From Lingula anatina (Eukaryota; Animalia; Brachiopoda), in the NCBI GenBank assembly GCA_051362555.1, contig CM120641.1, positions 37,454,401 through 37,518,400 of the forward strand: DNA of 64,000 nucleotides. Reading direction: 5' to 3'. A program made the translations under genes and the position numbers. Under the pieces are notes generated by a model. The model was given only the letters and a program-made list of their open reading frames with translations, was not told the DNA's origin and ran no database searches. Below, one piece after another: positions 26,120 through 39,126 of this stretch. How positions within the stretch are numbered: position 1 is the stretch's first letter; the number at the start of each line of letters is the position of its first letter.

Positions 26120-29100
26120 TGACAGATGCAATAAAAAAATAGTGCATCAGGTGCAAAGTACTCCTCTGAATCAATATGGTAGATTTAAGTTTATATGCTA
26201 CTGTCATTCTATTGGCAGCCACTAATAACCAATTATGAAATAAAACACAAGGATTATGAACTGTCATGAAAGTAACTGTTTGCTATACCATCAATTTGTA
26301 CAAGAAACCAAGGAAACCCCAAATGACCACCATGTGCATTGATGGTGGTTTACCCTTCAACAGATTCTACTACCCAACTAAACAGTCATTAAGTAAATAT
26401 AATGTGTTGTCCACTAAGATAAGAACCCACTGTGTATATACGTATTGGTTTACCAAATATTAATATTGCCCTAACTAGTCCATGGATCAAATATGGCGTG
26501 TACTTGACAATGGATTCCCGCCTCCCTCGCACCGTCCCAGCAGGGGCAGAGCAATCAAATTTTGGCTACACTTTTAAGTGAGTCCAGCATATCTGATCTG
26601 CAGACTAGTTAGTCTGGGGATCAACTGGTTGTGAATACTGTCTAAGGCCACATTCAGAACAGTGGACTGATTAGCCCGAAGATCTAATATGGCTGACCCA
26701 CTTGAATACTTCCCCACAGAGAATCTATTCAGTGTCTATTAGTGGATTAGACAGCAAGTTTTTTAGTGGGTCGCCATATTTGACCAGCGGACTAGTTAGT
26801 CCACTGGTCTAAATGCGGCCTGAGAGGCCTATCCATACAAATTAAGCTTCTTTAACCCTTGCTCCATAACAGCAAATGTGCATGAGTGGTACCACACCAG
26901 GCACTAATATGAATGGTACCAAAGCAGACAAATGAGTGGTTCCCCAGCACCACATACTTATTATGGTATGACACTGCAGCACACAGATGAGTGGTGCCAC
27001 TGCAGACACAGATCTGAGTGTTACCACAGCAGACACAGGTCTGAGTGTTACCACAGCAGACACAGGTCTGAGTGTTACCACAGCAGACACAGGTCTGAGT
27101 GTTACCACAGCAGACACAGGTCTGAGTGTTACCACAGCAGACACAGACCTGAGTATTACCACAGCAGATACAGAACTGAGTGTTACCACAGCAGATACAG
27201 AACTGAGTGTTACCACAGCAGATACAGAACTGAGTATTACCACAGCAGATACAGATCTGAGTGTTACCACAGCAGACACAGGTTTGAGTGTTACCACAGC
27301 AGACACAGGTCTGAGTGTTACCACAGCAGACACAGGTTTGAGTGTTACCACAGCAGACACAGGTTTGAGTATTACCACAGCAGACACAGGTTTGAGTGTT
27401 ACCACAGCAGACATAGAAGTGAGTGTTACCACAGCAGACACAGGTTTGAGTATTACCACAGCAGACACAGAAGTGAGTGTTACCACAGCAGACACAAGTT
27501 TGAGTATTACCACAGCAGACATAGAAGTGAGTGTTACCACAGCAGACACAGGTTTGAGTATTACCACAGCAGACACAGGTTTGAGTATTACCACAGCAGA
27601 CACAGGTTTGAGTATTACCACAGCAGACACAGGTTTGAGTGTTACCACAGCAGACACAGGTTTGAGTATTACCACAGCAGACACAGGTTTGAGTATTACC
27701 ACAGCAGACATAGAAGTGAGTGTTACCACAGCAGACACAGGTCTGAGTGTTACCACAGCACCTTGTGCTTATTATGGTACCACACTGCAGCAGACAGGTT
27801 CAATGTCACAATTCATTGAAAATAACCTCCATAACATAACATTGCACATAGTAACACAATTTTAGAGATTCTGCACGACTCAATTCATTTAGTATTGGCT
27901 CCCCTCCTCCCTCTTCTGAGAACAGATAATTTCTGGGCTCACTAATGCCAGAAAAACTTCCTAATGAAACAATCAATAGAAATCAGATCATCCTTCATAA
28001 ACAATTAACCTCTCAGCCCTCTTAATTGCTTGTCAAATATTGCAGAATTTCAAAGCCTTCTCTATAGTCTAGGCACAGTGATATCACAGTAAAGCTTGGT
28101 GAAAACCAATTTTTTTTGAAAGGAAAGGGGCAGTAGGAATAACAGTGAACTCATGGTGCTTTTAGTGCCTTACAATCTGTCACTGGTAATAATCTTGTTT
28201 ACTGGTCCCATTAAGAGAAGTGGAGAACTTCACCAACACCTTCTGAATAACAAAATGGACTTCTATAGCCACTAGCTTAAAAAAAATTCCTGGCTGGATG
28301 TAGTGCATCCATGTGCCTTCATGAGTACCTGTGCCCATGCTTATAAATGGGTGAGTTGCTGGGTGTTTTAGTGATTTTCATCATTAGGTTGTTTTTTTTT
28401 CTCATTTAAACACATTTGTGGTGAAATACCAAACAAAAGCAAACACTTAACAAATGGAATCCCAAGATAAAACATTAAAGTGGTGTTAAGAAAGCTTTTA
28501 ACAATCCTATAAATCTGTCCAGAGAGGGAGACAGAGAGAGGGAGAGAGGGCCAGGGGAGATCAAAAAGAGTGAGTGTATTCCTATCATCTGCCTCAGTGA
28601 GTTATCATTTCACATTCGTTTATTACATTCAAAGTATTTACATCTACCGGTACATGCACATGGATAACTTGTTACTGGATTAGAAAAAACCCACCAAGAG
28701 ATCTTTTTTCAACATGAAGTCATTATGAATAAATCCTTAAATTCAAAATGTATTTTTTCACTGCCAGATGTAACAATCTATTACTAAAAAAATTTAGTTA
28801 ATAGAAGTTTCCTTTGGACACCCCCTCCCCCACATACATATAAGACCACTCCAATCATATGAGGCAAACATGAACACACAGTTGAGCACACACAATATAA
28901 CAAATTCGGTGGCCGAATATTTAAAGAAACAGACAAGATGAGGTTAAGGGCAATAGCAACGTCATTGATGATTATGAGACTTTGGATAAAACAGGCTTGT
29001 TACACTGAAAAATTTAATGTGTTGGGAATCCCATAGCTACAAACGAATTACTGGAATCTCCTCATTTCCTCTCATGTATCTAATCTGATCATCCTATTTG

Positions 29101-32100
29101 TCAAAGGTTGCCTCCAAAGGACCTCTAAAGTAACTTTAACCATGCTTCTAAAAAAAGGCCCAAAACAAGTGCATTTTTTAGCCTTGAATTTCTGATAAGA
29201 TTTGTATCCCTACTTATCCTGATTAAAGTTCATAAAATGAAAGTCAGTATCCAATTTGTGCAAATCATGAAAATTCCCTTTTCCTGAATGAAATTTGAAC
29301 ATCATCAACAGACGGTTGATTTGGTTAGGTTCACTGAAAAATACTTGCTTAATGGTAAAGCCTTGTCAATTCAACTCCCATTTGGCAATCACTTATTTTG
29401 CTGCACTTTTAAAAACTACCCAGAATTAAAGCAAGTCAATAATTCCCTAACGTTATTACCAACCCTTGATTTCCAAATACAGTGAATAAACACCTCATCC
29501 CAGTATGAGATTAATTCTGAGTGGAATTTTGAAAATACAAATACCTCTACTTCCTACTGACTTGCTCAAGGTACTATCTAAAATACCCATTACTATAAAT
29601 TATCAATTTTTCAATTGATGAGCTGTACAATAACTTAAGATGGAGTACTGAAAAAGGACAAATGTCTGGAAAAAAAGGTGAAGAAGGAAAAGAAGAAGCA
29701 ATAAATATTCTTTCACACTATAAAGAGACCCAATGGTTATCACTTCTTTTGTGAAGAAGTTTTTGACATAACTTGGCCACTATCAAAAAGAAAAGACAAA
29801 AAAGAAACACAGACAAACCAACCCCAATGGCAACATAACCTTTTGCCTTGGTGGAGGTAATAACGTAATTCTCCCTAACTGCTACTTGCCATCAACTTGG
29901 AAGATTTCTAATGGGACTATATAAGAAAATAATACCATATATGTTAGGTTCAGGTTGTTAAATTCCTGAAATATTGGACACCTGATTTTTCTTCCACACT
30001 AATTTCCAACAGACACAATTACAAAGTCACTAATTAATTAGTTTGTCAACATCACCTACTGCATTACATCACCATCAAATCAGTGTTTAATCAAAAATCT
30101 ATGCACTATTCATGGAAGGACAAAATACAGATTTAACATGACAAGAACAAGATCACGAGTAAAAAAAAAAACACTGCCTGTACAAGTAAGTTCACTCTGT
30201 GGTACATAACTGTACTTGAAGTGCTGTGCTAAAAAGGATGGAAACTGTGTGAAGTAGACTAAGATATGTAATTATCCTGACCCAAGCAGCCTATCTAATA
30301 TCTGTACAGTTAGGTGAATTCAGCTGGGACTTTTCAAGCACACGTATGAAAGTGACCCAAAATAAAGCGATATTGAAGTCTGTCGATTTCTTGGAACTGT
30401 CACCTAATAGGGCTCCATACGTACATCTAATAAGTAGAAAATTATACAGAATGTAGTCTGTCAAAGGATTTCTATGAAATTCAGTATTATAAACTCGTGC
30501 ATCTAACTTGTCTACCAGCAATGTATTAATTAACACTATTAATTAAGAAAGCCAGGGAAGTGACTTTTTTTGTTCCAAAAAAGGCAGAAATTTGCCGATA
30601 GAAAAATCCCATTACTGTTGTAAACAACAAAGCCACTCAAAAAGTCGAAAATCTGCATATAGAAAAAATCTCATCCCTGGAAAACATGTGGCATTTTTCT
30701 CCTAAATGGATTGGGTCAGAGAGTGTCTTTTCTACTGACAAAAAAAGTCAACGATTTTTCAGGTTACAATACAGGACAGAAGGATTGTCATTTTACTGAT
30801 CATATAGGAAATGTCCATTAAATTTAGTTAACCAAATGAAGAGCATTTTGGAATACTAAATCTGACATTGTTTATGATTTTGTGATTACTATATTCCAAA
30901 TATTTCAAACCCTCAAAAGAACAAAGAACCAATTTAAACCTGTAGTCTCAGATATTCACGTCTAATGCCATAACAATCATGTCATTACATCAATATTCCG
31001 TTAGTGTAAGCAAAAAATGATAGAGGACTTTTTTTCCTCTTCTTTGCTACCTCCATCCCCAGAGGGCAAGGTGTGGTGCAATAATTTTTGCATGACCAAG
31101 GTCACCACAAGGTCACCAAGCACCTTCTCTAGCTGCACACAGACTTCTATTTTTATGTGCTTGATTTCCCATAGGTTTATCTCAAGTACTCCCACAGGAC
31201 CACATTATCACTACTGATATTAAACTCTGACCCATTGTATTATGAGATATGTGAAAATTAGTCAATTTTTATGTGTTAGTAGAAAAGGAGCTGAGCTATG
31301 CTATTTCATAATTGCCTTAAAATACATTTACTAAATGAATGTCTCTCAAATATTTTTTTTATTGTCCTTGCTTGTGAAAATATTGAAAAGATTACAAAGT
31401 TTACTCTTGGTACATTAATCTTCAGTCACTAAATGAGATCTCACAACACAAAATAAAGGTAATGATGAGGTAATGTTCACTTCATGTTCTTTCACATCTT
31501 AAAAAATTGCCTTAGGATGAGACCAAGAGGAGTGAAGCCATTCTTAATGGGAGGCAAGCATTTCCCTTACCTTAACTCACGGGACACAAAGAGAGGGTCA
31601 CACAAATTTGATGAAATTCCCTGTAAAACTTGCTTGCTTGGTTGATCTATATAGAATTGCCTATGTCTTAATTTTTATTTTACTTCTGTCAAGAGACCAT
31701 AGATAGATCCATAAATAATGGAGGGCACTACATATTCATCTAGTGATATTTGAAAAAAAAGGTTCTAAAAGAATACAACAATCCCAATGTAGTGCTTAGT
31801 TTCATTTAAATCTGAAAACTACCTTAATTCCATACATAAAAGGTAAAACAGATATTTGCTGCAGCAAATTTTCAGCTCCCATCAGTATCAGAAAAAGATG
31901 TGTGCCAATTAACTAAAACAGTTGGAGAAACAAAAAAATCATCTCCCTAACCTTTTTGATGCAAGGGGCATCTGCTAAGTATACTTTAACACAAGATAAC
32001 ATATTTTCAATTTAGTAGGAAATCAAATTTTACCCATGTTTAATACTAACATAACTCACCTCATCCCAAAGGTTGAGAAATACATAGGGTTGAATCAACA

Positions 32101-34202
32101 GAAACTGTTTATTTTCCCAATGAAATCTGTCTATACAATCAAACCATCAAATCAAATATTGCCCACACCTTACAGCAAGTATACAGAATACAGTGCCCAA
32201 TATAGCATGTTATTGATAGAATCTGTCTTTTATGATTAAATTTTCCTGTCCAGGTATAATATTTTTATCATAATATTTTGTGACTAGTGTAAACAATAAC
32301 ATGGCATCCACCCATTACCCTTTTGGTGTACGGGTATATACGAGGGCAAAATTTAAACCATAAAGATAAAGCTCTCATGGACAAAATTGTATAAACAACA
32401 TTTTAAACAGGTTTCTTTAAACAGATTATCTTCCATTTAACTTTACTCTAAACCTCACATTCTACATCTGGATAGCACACTGGCTCTTCTCTCAAGTAGA
32501 GGAGGTGAATCCCTTTTTTTTTTTAGTGTAAAGAAAGGATGGGCAGTGATTTAGAACCCTTTATATATTTTTATTTCATAACAAAAAAAAATCAAGTGAA
32601 ATCAGACAGTATTACATCATTTCTTTTTAAAAACTTTCCAAGAAAACAAGCAAGATCCTTGTACAAGGAAGTGCTATTAATTTCTCAAATGTTGCCATTT
32701 CTCAAGATGATAAATTCTTGTTAGCATCTCAATGAAAAGACTACCTCACTCAGGAAAAGGAACCCAAAATGATAGTCCTACCACTTGAAAGCGAGCTCAG
32801 AATAATCAATAGTCATCAGTAACCTTTTGTGCGTGTATGTCTGATGTATTATTCATAAATTCCTTCTCTTTAGTTTTTTATAAGTATTTGCAATAATCTT
32901 CAGATAACATTGTGTCTTGATTAATTGATATCTATAGTCCTAAGTACTTTATTTTCACCAAAATATATTCAGGAACAAACTCAGTAGAATAGCACACATG
33001 GCTATACTTCAGGCTAGTGTATATTATTACCCATTACACAGAGGGAGGATTTCATGCAGGGTTAAGCAGCTCCATCTTATGCTGAACTCAATGTATTCAC
33101 TGTAACAGGAAATCTGTGTTAGTGAAATCAAAACTTTTCAATATTCATCCACTCATCAAATTCTCTAGAATTCTATAGAAATCATTAAACACATTATATA
33201 CATGTATAGGAAACTGGACGTGCAAATCCAGTCCCGTTTCTTTTACAAAGTGAAAGAAATCTGTCTTTATCATTACTCATTGTCAAGCTAAATTATCTAC
33301 TGAAATAGAAAAAAAAGTCAGAATAATTTCAGGGTAACCAGTGCAGAGTACTGACTAAAATTTAAAAAATTTAAATGATAAATAAGAAGTAATAACTTTA
33401 AACAACGAGCTTTCAATAGTAGCAATCTGTCTTTTACCAATCTACATCTACTGTTTTCTGTTTTGCTCAATGGTTTATCTGGAAAGCTTCAGCAAAATTT
33501 TTCATTTTCTAGGTGTGAAAATAAATGGTTTGTTTACCTTATTTCATATCTCATATGAATATGAAATTGTACCATTTCAACCATATCAGCAGTATGCTCA
33601 CACTTCGACTAACATACACTAAATTTCTGAGTGTGTTCACATCATGACTAATTTTGACCAAATTTCAGTGTGTTCACATCATGACTAATTTACACCAAAT
33701 TTCTGAGTGTTCACATCACAACTAACTTAAAATATTGTCTTTTCAATCTTATGTCAATGCCACATTTTTAAGGGTGTTTACATCATGATGAAGTGAGTAT
33801 TTTTGTGAATTCATGTGACCCCTAAGATTTTTAAAATTCCATAATTTATCAAACAATCTGATTGTGTTGACATCAATTATTATATGATGAATCTTTATTT
33901 TAGATTCTGAGGCAAGTTCTTACATAAATATGTTGAGATAAAGTAGGCAAAACTGATTAGGACTTGATCAGTTTCTATAGGTTAAATATATGTTTCAAAT
34001 ATTTAAATAGGATCTGCTGTAAAAAGAAAACCCTAGAAAAATGCAATCAGGAAAAGAGGCTTTGACTAATGATGGCAAAGAACTTTGGTCAGGGCAAATG
34101 AATCAAAACAGGTCTAGAAGATTAATGCATTTGCATAGGAAGTTTGGAATTGGAAGAGATGTGTTACTTTTCAGAGGTAAAGCAACCAAAATCCATTCTA
34201 AT

Positions 34203-34254
<52 letters not shown>

Positions 34255-37200
34255 ACAGTCTCAGTCACAAACTTTTTTTTTTTTCTTACACACCTGTATG
34301 AGTATGCAAGGTGAGGGATATGCATTCACAATGGCAGCCGCCATGTCCGGTCCCACATTTTTCAGCTGCTGTATTTGCTGTCTCCATGCCTTCAGCAAGC
34401 CTTTGCCTTCCTTATCTGCCTTCACTGTGCCTCCTATGTCTGTGTGGAAGGCAAAGATGTTCTGTAACCTTTCTCTTCTGGATAACATGAACACATATCA
34501 AAGTTATGTAAGATTTGAGTACCAATAAATAGACAAATACATTCTTTTAAATAAGTGTTCAATAAAAATGAAGGCTATATATGTTACTGTAAGTACTCAT
34601 TCCAAATGAAACGTTAATCAACTTTGAAAGAAAAAAATTTAGAATAACCAGTACAAATTGTAATATTAATTATCTGCTAGTAAACTCCAGCATATATCTC
34701 TGTTAATTGTGATGCAACAACAATATGAAATTCTGAAAGTATGGCACTGCCTAAAACCCTCTGAGAGAATCAAGTCTAAAATATATTTCTCAAAGCATTT
34801 GAAAGAATTAAGGGTCAATAACGATGAAAGCTACAAAATGTAATACTGAATGAAAACACTTGGAAAAAAACAAGGGCATCACTTACAAAAACAAAAAGAA
34901 AAAAAAAGAAAAAAGTTACCAGCTGTCTTCAAATAAGTTTCTTACTTGAAAGGAGCTTCTGCCACAGCCTTGGTTATACATTTCAAGTGTGTTGCCACTT
35001 CATCAGGAGTCTCAGCCAGCTTAACATATATCCCTGTGTGAAGCTGAAGATCCACAACAGCCTGAAAATACACAAAAACTAGAACTAGCAAAAAACATAA
35101 TACTCTCAATTGTTTTTGTCATGCATCTTCACCTACAAATTTTCTCAATGTGAATTGGATACAATTATGGCCATTGAATAAATAAGAAATTTTACTGAAA
35201 AAAAAACATTCTTTATGAAATATCATTATGATCTGATTAACAATGCCATAGTCTTAAAACAAAAAATGAAATGATTCAGCATATGTATAGTTATCTCAAT
35301 ATCAATCATATGAACCAAAGTACAAAAACAAAGCACATCCTGTACCTCCTCCACATCAACCCTGCTAATGTTGGCACCAAGATTCAATTTCTTTTGTCTT
35401 TTGGCAGCAGTCGGTTCATGTCCTGGGTCTGTGGCCAGCATAGCTTGCCGATGAGCTCTGTTCTTCATTGTTTTCTGATCCCTGTTTACAATGATAACCT
35501 AACATGGCACTTCACAAACACGATTTCTGTGTCTGGGATTAAAACAGCACCAAACAACTCTTCTTATAATGATAAACTAAACTGGGAAATGCTGCCTGAG
35601 TGAAATGAGTTTTTAACTGACAATAATGACAGAAAAGTTATTTCTTTTGAAAAAGCCTTGCTTACATAACATGAAAACCAATACAAACTAGTTAACATAA
35701 TACAGGCATGCCTTTGAGGACTTAAAAATATGTGAATCACAGTGTGGCATTGAAACTTCATACATTTTTATGATAATTTCATTGATAATACAGAGCTGCT
35801 ACTTTGGTGTGTCAAGCTTAAAAAATAAATAAATAAATAAAATACAAAAGGGTCTGAATAAAGGCAAGAGACCTACTAAACTATATACATTTATTATATT
35901 CTGTAAGGGACACACTACCTGAAGTATTTCTCCATGCCTTGTATAATAAAAGTGACAGCATGATGTGGACAGATGTCCAGGACAGACTGACCATATGACC
36001 GTAATGTTGGTGCAGCCAAAATGTCTGCATGAGACAACCCTGATCTAACCTGTAAAGAATTCATCAATAATATTATTATTAACAAAAGGTTCATGTGAGA
36101 TTTCCGAGTCATAAGAGCATTCTTCTTAAGTAATTTTAAATACAAAATGAGTTATTTAAATTCAAAATTGGCTTGGGAAGACAATCAACCTGGGTGGAAA
36201 ACTGTCAGCTTGGAAAACAGACCCCATCCCTGCTTTACTTCACATGATTTCTGGTTTTGAAATTAAAAATTGATTTTTTAGTATTATCAAAAATTTATTT
36301 TTTCTTTGATACACTGTGGGTACTAAGTGAGAAATAATTCTTTGTGAAAATATTTTATATAACTGTATATGTATGAACACAACTAAGTAAGTAACATATG
36401 TATCATATTTAACTCTGTCAACCTAAAAATGTTCTAGAACTTCTTAGTGGGTCTTATACCTGCTTGTATTCATCAACCATGGTAACGAATTCCTGGACTG
36501 GGACCAGCACCACCAGCTGGTCTTCTTCTAATTCCTTGAAAGCAGGAAAAAAAGAAAGTTTTCAAGAGAATTTGAAACATATTAGGAAAATAATTTTTAC
36601 TTTTCAAGTGCTCTAGGTAGAGATGTATAAAGATTGATTTTTGACTCACTATGCCACAGAAACTGTACAAAGACACAAGTCCCGTGCATCATTGAAGAGT
36701 TATTAAATAAGTGACTGACACTAAAATAGATAATAAAAATGGACAATCATATTAACACATATTAGTACCGTAGTATGGAAAATATATACACTACAAAATA
36801 TACAGCTATTGAAATGATAAAACATCTTAACCCATTAAAACTCTGTTTTTTTACTCTCTTTACGATTTTCTACTTTCTACCTCATCCCCTAATTGTCTTT
36901 TCCAAGTGATGGCATGTGTAACAAGCTGATCGGTCACTCTGTACTGGAGATCGGCAGTTTGTAGGTTACTCAGAATGGATGCACCACTGGCAGATTCCAC
37001 AACCTGGCGATCTAGTACCACCACGATAAACTAAACAAATTGGCATAAATTGCATGTGAAATGATTGATGGTTATAGAAAACTAAAATAATGTTGAGAAT
37101 GGAATTGAAAAAAACATTACTAAGGATATATTTTGCTTGTTATTACTATAGTTTGTTATTGGAATGGGACAACATCTACATTTGCTCTAATGGTAACAAT

Positions 37201-38647
37201 TAATTGTTGTACTATGTACATAATTCTGACCTTCATACAATTTCCTGGTTGAGCATTTCTCCTGGCATCAATCACATTTTTCCTTCTATTTCTTTCTTCT
37301 TGTTGTTGCTGCTGTATTCTTTGTTTTTGTCTCAGCTTCTCTGCTTTTTCTTGTTCTTTCTGGGTCCTAATTGCATCTTTTTCTTTTTGTTTTGCTTCTC
37401 TTTGTTTTTCTCTCTCAGCTTTTTTGATCTAAAAATAATTTAAATATAACCCCAACTCATTCAAATTCTACACAAATATGAAAACATAAGAAACAAATTT
37501 CTTTTAAAAGTTTCTTTAGAACATGTACTAATAATATTTTCTTTTTTTTTTTTTTGGCAAATAAAACAGCTCTTTTTCAGTTTAAAAGGACTTACCATTG
37601 CCCTCATTTTGACTTCACCTTTATCTGTTTTTCCCAAGCTGGCAGAATCTAGTGACTGTAAGCTATCTTCACTGTGCTCACCAACAAAAGATTGCACAGA
37701 TCCGGAGGTGCAAGTAGAACTTTGCGAATTATTCAGTGAAGATACCTCAGAAGTTGACATGGCATGTGTTGTGTCTGACTTGTAGTTCAACCTTGCAGAT
37801 AAACTAGGAAGCTCTTCAGAGTCTTTACTGGTGTTATATGTATTAAATGCAGTGAAATGTTTCATAGGTTCATTTCTATTGAGTGATGAAGTACTCGTAT
37901 TACTCAATCTTCCATGCTCTATAGAATTTGTAGCCATTTTCACAGGCAATTTGTTACTATAGGTCTCAGACTGTCTGTCAATATCACAGTTATCTTCTAT
38001 GGTACTAGTATTAACATCGTTTTTCAGTCTCTTCTCCAGGGACCAAGACAAAGGCTTATTTTCTAACATGTTCAAATCATCCTCATCACTGGAAATGCAT
38101 GTTACACTTTCATCTGATTCATTAGATATAATGTGAATGCCCTTTGAATAACTGGTGTCTGAGGAACTTCCTATACTATTCATATTTGGTAATGGAGGTA
38201 TCTTTTCACGTTCCTTCCTAAAATGAACACCAAGATCTGGCAAACTGTCATTACTTTCATCGTCACTGGCTTTGAAGCTGGAATTTGAAGACAATGATGT
38301 ATAATATTTATAAACAATAAATAAATAGGTGTAGAACTTATCTTGGTTCCAGTGGTGTAACATTTCCCCCATTCAACTTTTCACTACAGGTAGAGAAGGA
38401 AATTGGTGGTATTCTACAAAGGCACAAAAGTCTTTCAAAAATGCTAAGTGTGATAAAATAAGGGTAGCAAGAGTGTTGGCGAGGAATATTATGTACACGT
38501 CTGTTAGTGCCAATATACTAGACTCCCAGTGGCAGAGACATAGCAAATCCAAAATTGGCCTATTTTGCCATAAGGCGTGTCATAAACACCAGCAGCTCAA
38601 ATAAACCTCAAATTGAGGGATTACCATTGTATGTGACTATATGACAT

Positions 38648-38745
<98 letters not shown>

Positions 38746-38759
38746 ACTTACTCTCCCAT
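21991..38759 (-). CDS. EME1: Crossover junction endonuclease subunit EME1 (MUS81 partner, inactive ERCC4 domain + HhH), 11 coding exons, ~615 aa
   Basis: Exons (minus): 38759-38752 (ATGGGAGA), 38277-37596, 37428-37231, 37030-36881, 36534-36460, 36049-35919, 35481-35346, 35061-34946, 34477-34294, 25201-25145, 22101-21991 (TGA). All introns are GT-AG and phases join (1848 nt). The peptides FIVVVLDRQVV..AITWKRQ, ISRVDVEEAVVDLQLHT..ITKAVAEAPFK, GLLKAWRQQIQQLKNVGPDMAAAIVNAYPSP and VRRGAGVLETSRRIGKELSRRLY match vertebrate EME1 motifs as I recall them. The N-terminus is Ser/acidic and disordered, followed by a charged coiled-coil-like exon. Confidence 0.95.
26646..26820. mobile_element. MITE with ~65-bp imperfect terminal inverted repeats, probably PIF/Harbinger (Tourist-like)
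   Basis: The left arm GGCCACATTCAGAACAGTGGACTGATTAGCCCGAAGATCTAATATGGCTGACCCACTT aligns to the reverse complement of the right arm, GGCCGCATTTAGACCAGTGGACTAACTAGTCCGCTGGTCAAATATGGCGACCCACTA. Flanks are TAA and TGA, like a 3-bp TNA target duplication. Confidence 0.8.
26996..27760. repeat. 27-bp minisatellite, ~28 copies (ACCACAGCAGACACAGGTYTGAGTRTT), in EME1 intron 9
   Basis: Directly visible tandem array. It explains the three overlapping ~300-aa ORFs with 9-aa periodicity. Degenerate copies extend left to ~26866. Confidence 0.97.
29806..29862 (+). mobile_element. Possible Helentron/HINE-type element end
   Basis: ACAGACAAAC...ACATAACCTTTTGCCTTGGTGGAGGTAATA resembles, from memory, the ACATAACCTCCTTGGCGGAGGTAA hairpin terminus of non-autonomous rolling-circle elements. 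Not verified by search. Confidence 0.35.
33613..33728. repeat. ~38-40-bp tandem repeat, ~3 copies
   Basis: AAATTTC(TG)AGTG(TG)TTCACATCATGACTAATT is repeated three times, with a partial fourth copy at ~33774. Confidence 0.85.
34206..34257. repeat. (CA)n microsatellite
   Basis: Direct observation; lies just inside the donor end of EME1 intron 9. Confidence 0.95.
38652..38744. repeat. (GA)~46 microsatellite in EME1 intron 1
   Basis: Pure dinucleotide run starting a few nt from the exon 1 donor. Confidence 0.97.
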
Positions 38760-39126
38760 TTCAGGATAATTTTAACCGCTTAGGTCTTTTTCTTAGTAAG
38801 ATATGGATTTTTATCTAAACCGTAGCGCTAAATATAATCCATTTCAAACATTTGCGCTTTCACCATCTGTACACATTGAGATTCGTGGTGCCCGCCTAGC
38901 CGTGGAACTCACATGTGTAAGTGCTACTACACCTTCCGGTCTTTTTAGATAAAGTGGATGTACACATGAAAAAACCAAAATCTTTATTAAAATATAATTT
39001 TTTTTCATTATTTCAATTTTAGATTGATAATACATCTATTGTGTAAATTTCTGACAAATAAAGAGAACTAAATTGCCCACAACTATTTTTTTGGTGCAAG
39101 AATATACATGTATAACTACTTTCAAG
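38760..39126. promoter_or_regulatory. Bidirectional promoter / 5' UTR region shared by EME1 and MRPL27
   Basis: 367 bp separates the divergent ATGs. It contains an ETS-like CTTCCGGT (38933-38940), ACTACAccTtCC (38926-38937; ZNF143/THAP11-like, one mismatch), GGCGGG on minus (~38891-38896) and TTTGAA on minus (38843-38848, CHR-like). The motif assignments are inference. Confidence 0.75.

Noticed and set aside
26996-27760. CRISPR-like array
   Set aside because: Units are contiguous 27-mers without unique spacers, there are no cas genes, and the context is a eukaryotic intron.
26842-27819. 304-aa (minus) and 295-aa (plus) repetitive ORFs as genes
   Set aside because: By-products of a stop-free 27-bp repeat; no splice or start context ties them to a gene.
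28050-28105. miR-2-like sequence TATCACAGTAAAGCTTGGTGA
   Set aside because: It shares the seed, but the putative 5' arm pairs poorly and there is no miR-71/miR-2 cluster context; likely chance.
30552-30680. Possible CAGGG-ended MITE
   Set aside because: Inverted similarity is limited to short terminal patches and no TSD is evident; too degenerate to call.
38278-38372. N-terminal part of the 303-aa ORF as the EME1 start
   Set aside because: It is AT-rich intron-like sequence ending in the acceptor ttccag at 38278; the 8-nt upstream exon joins in the correct phase.
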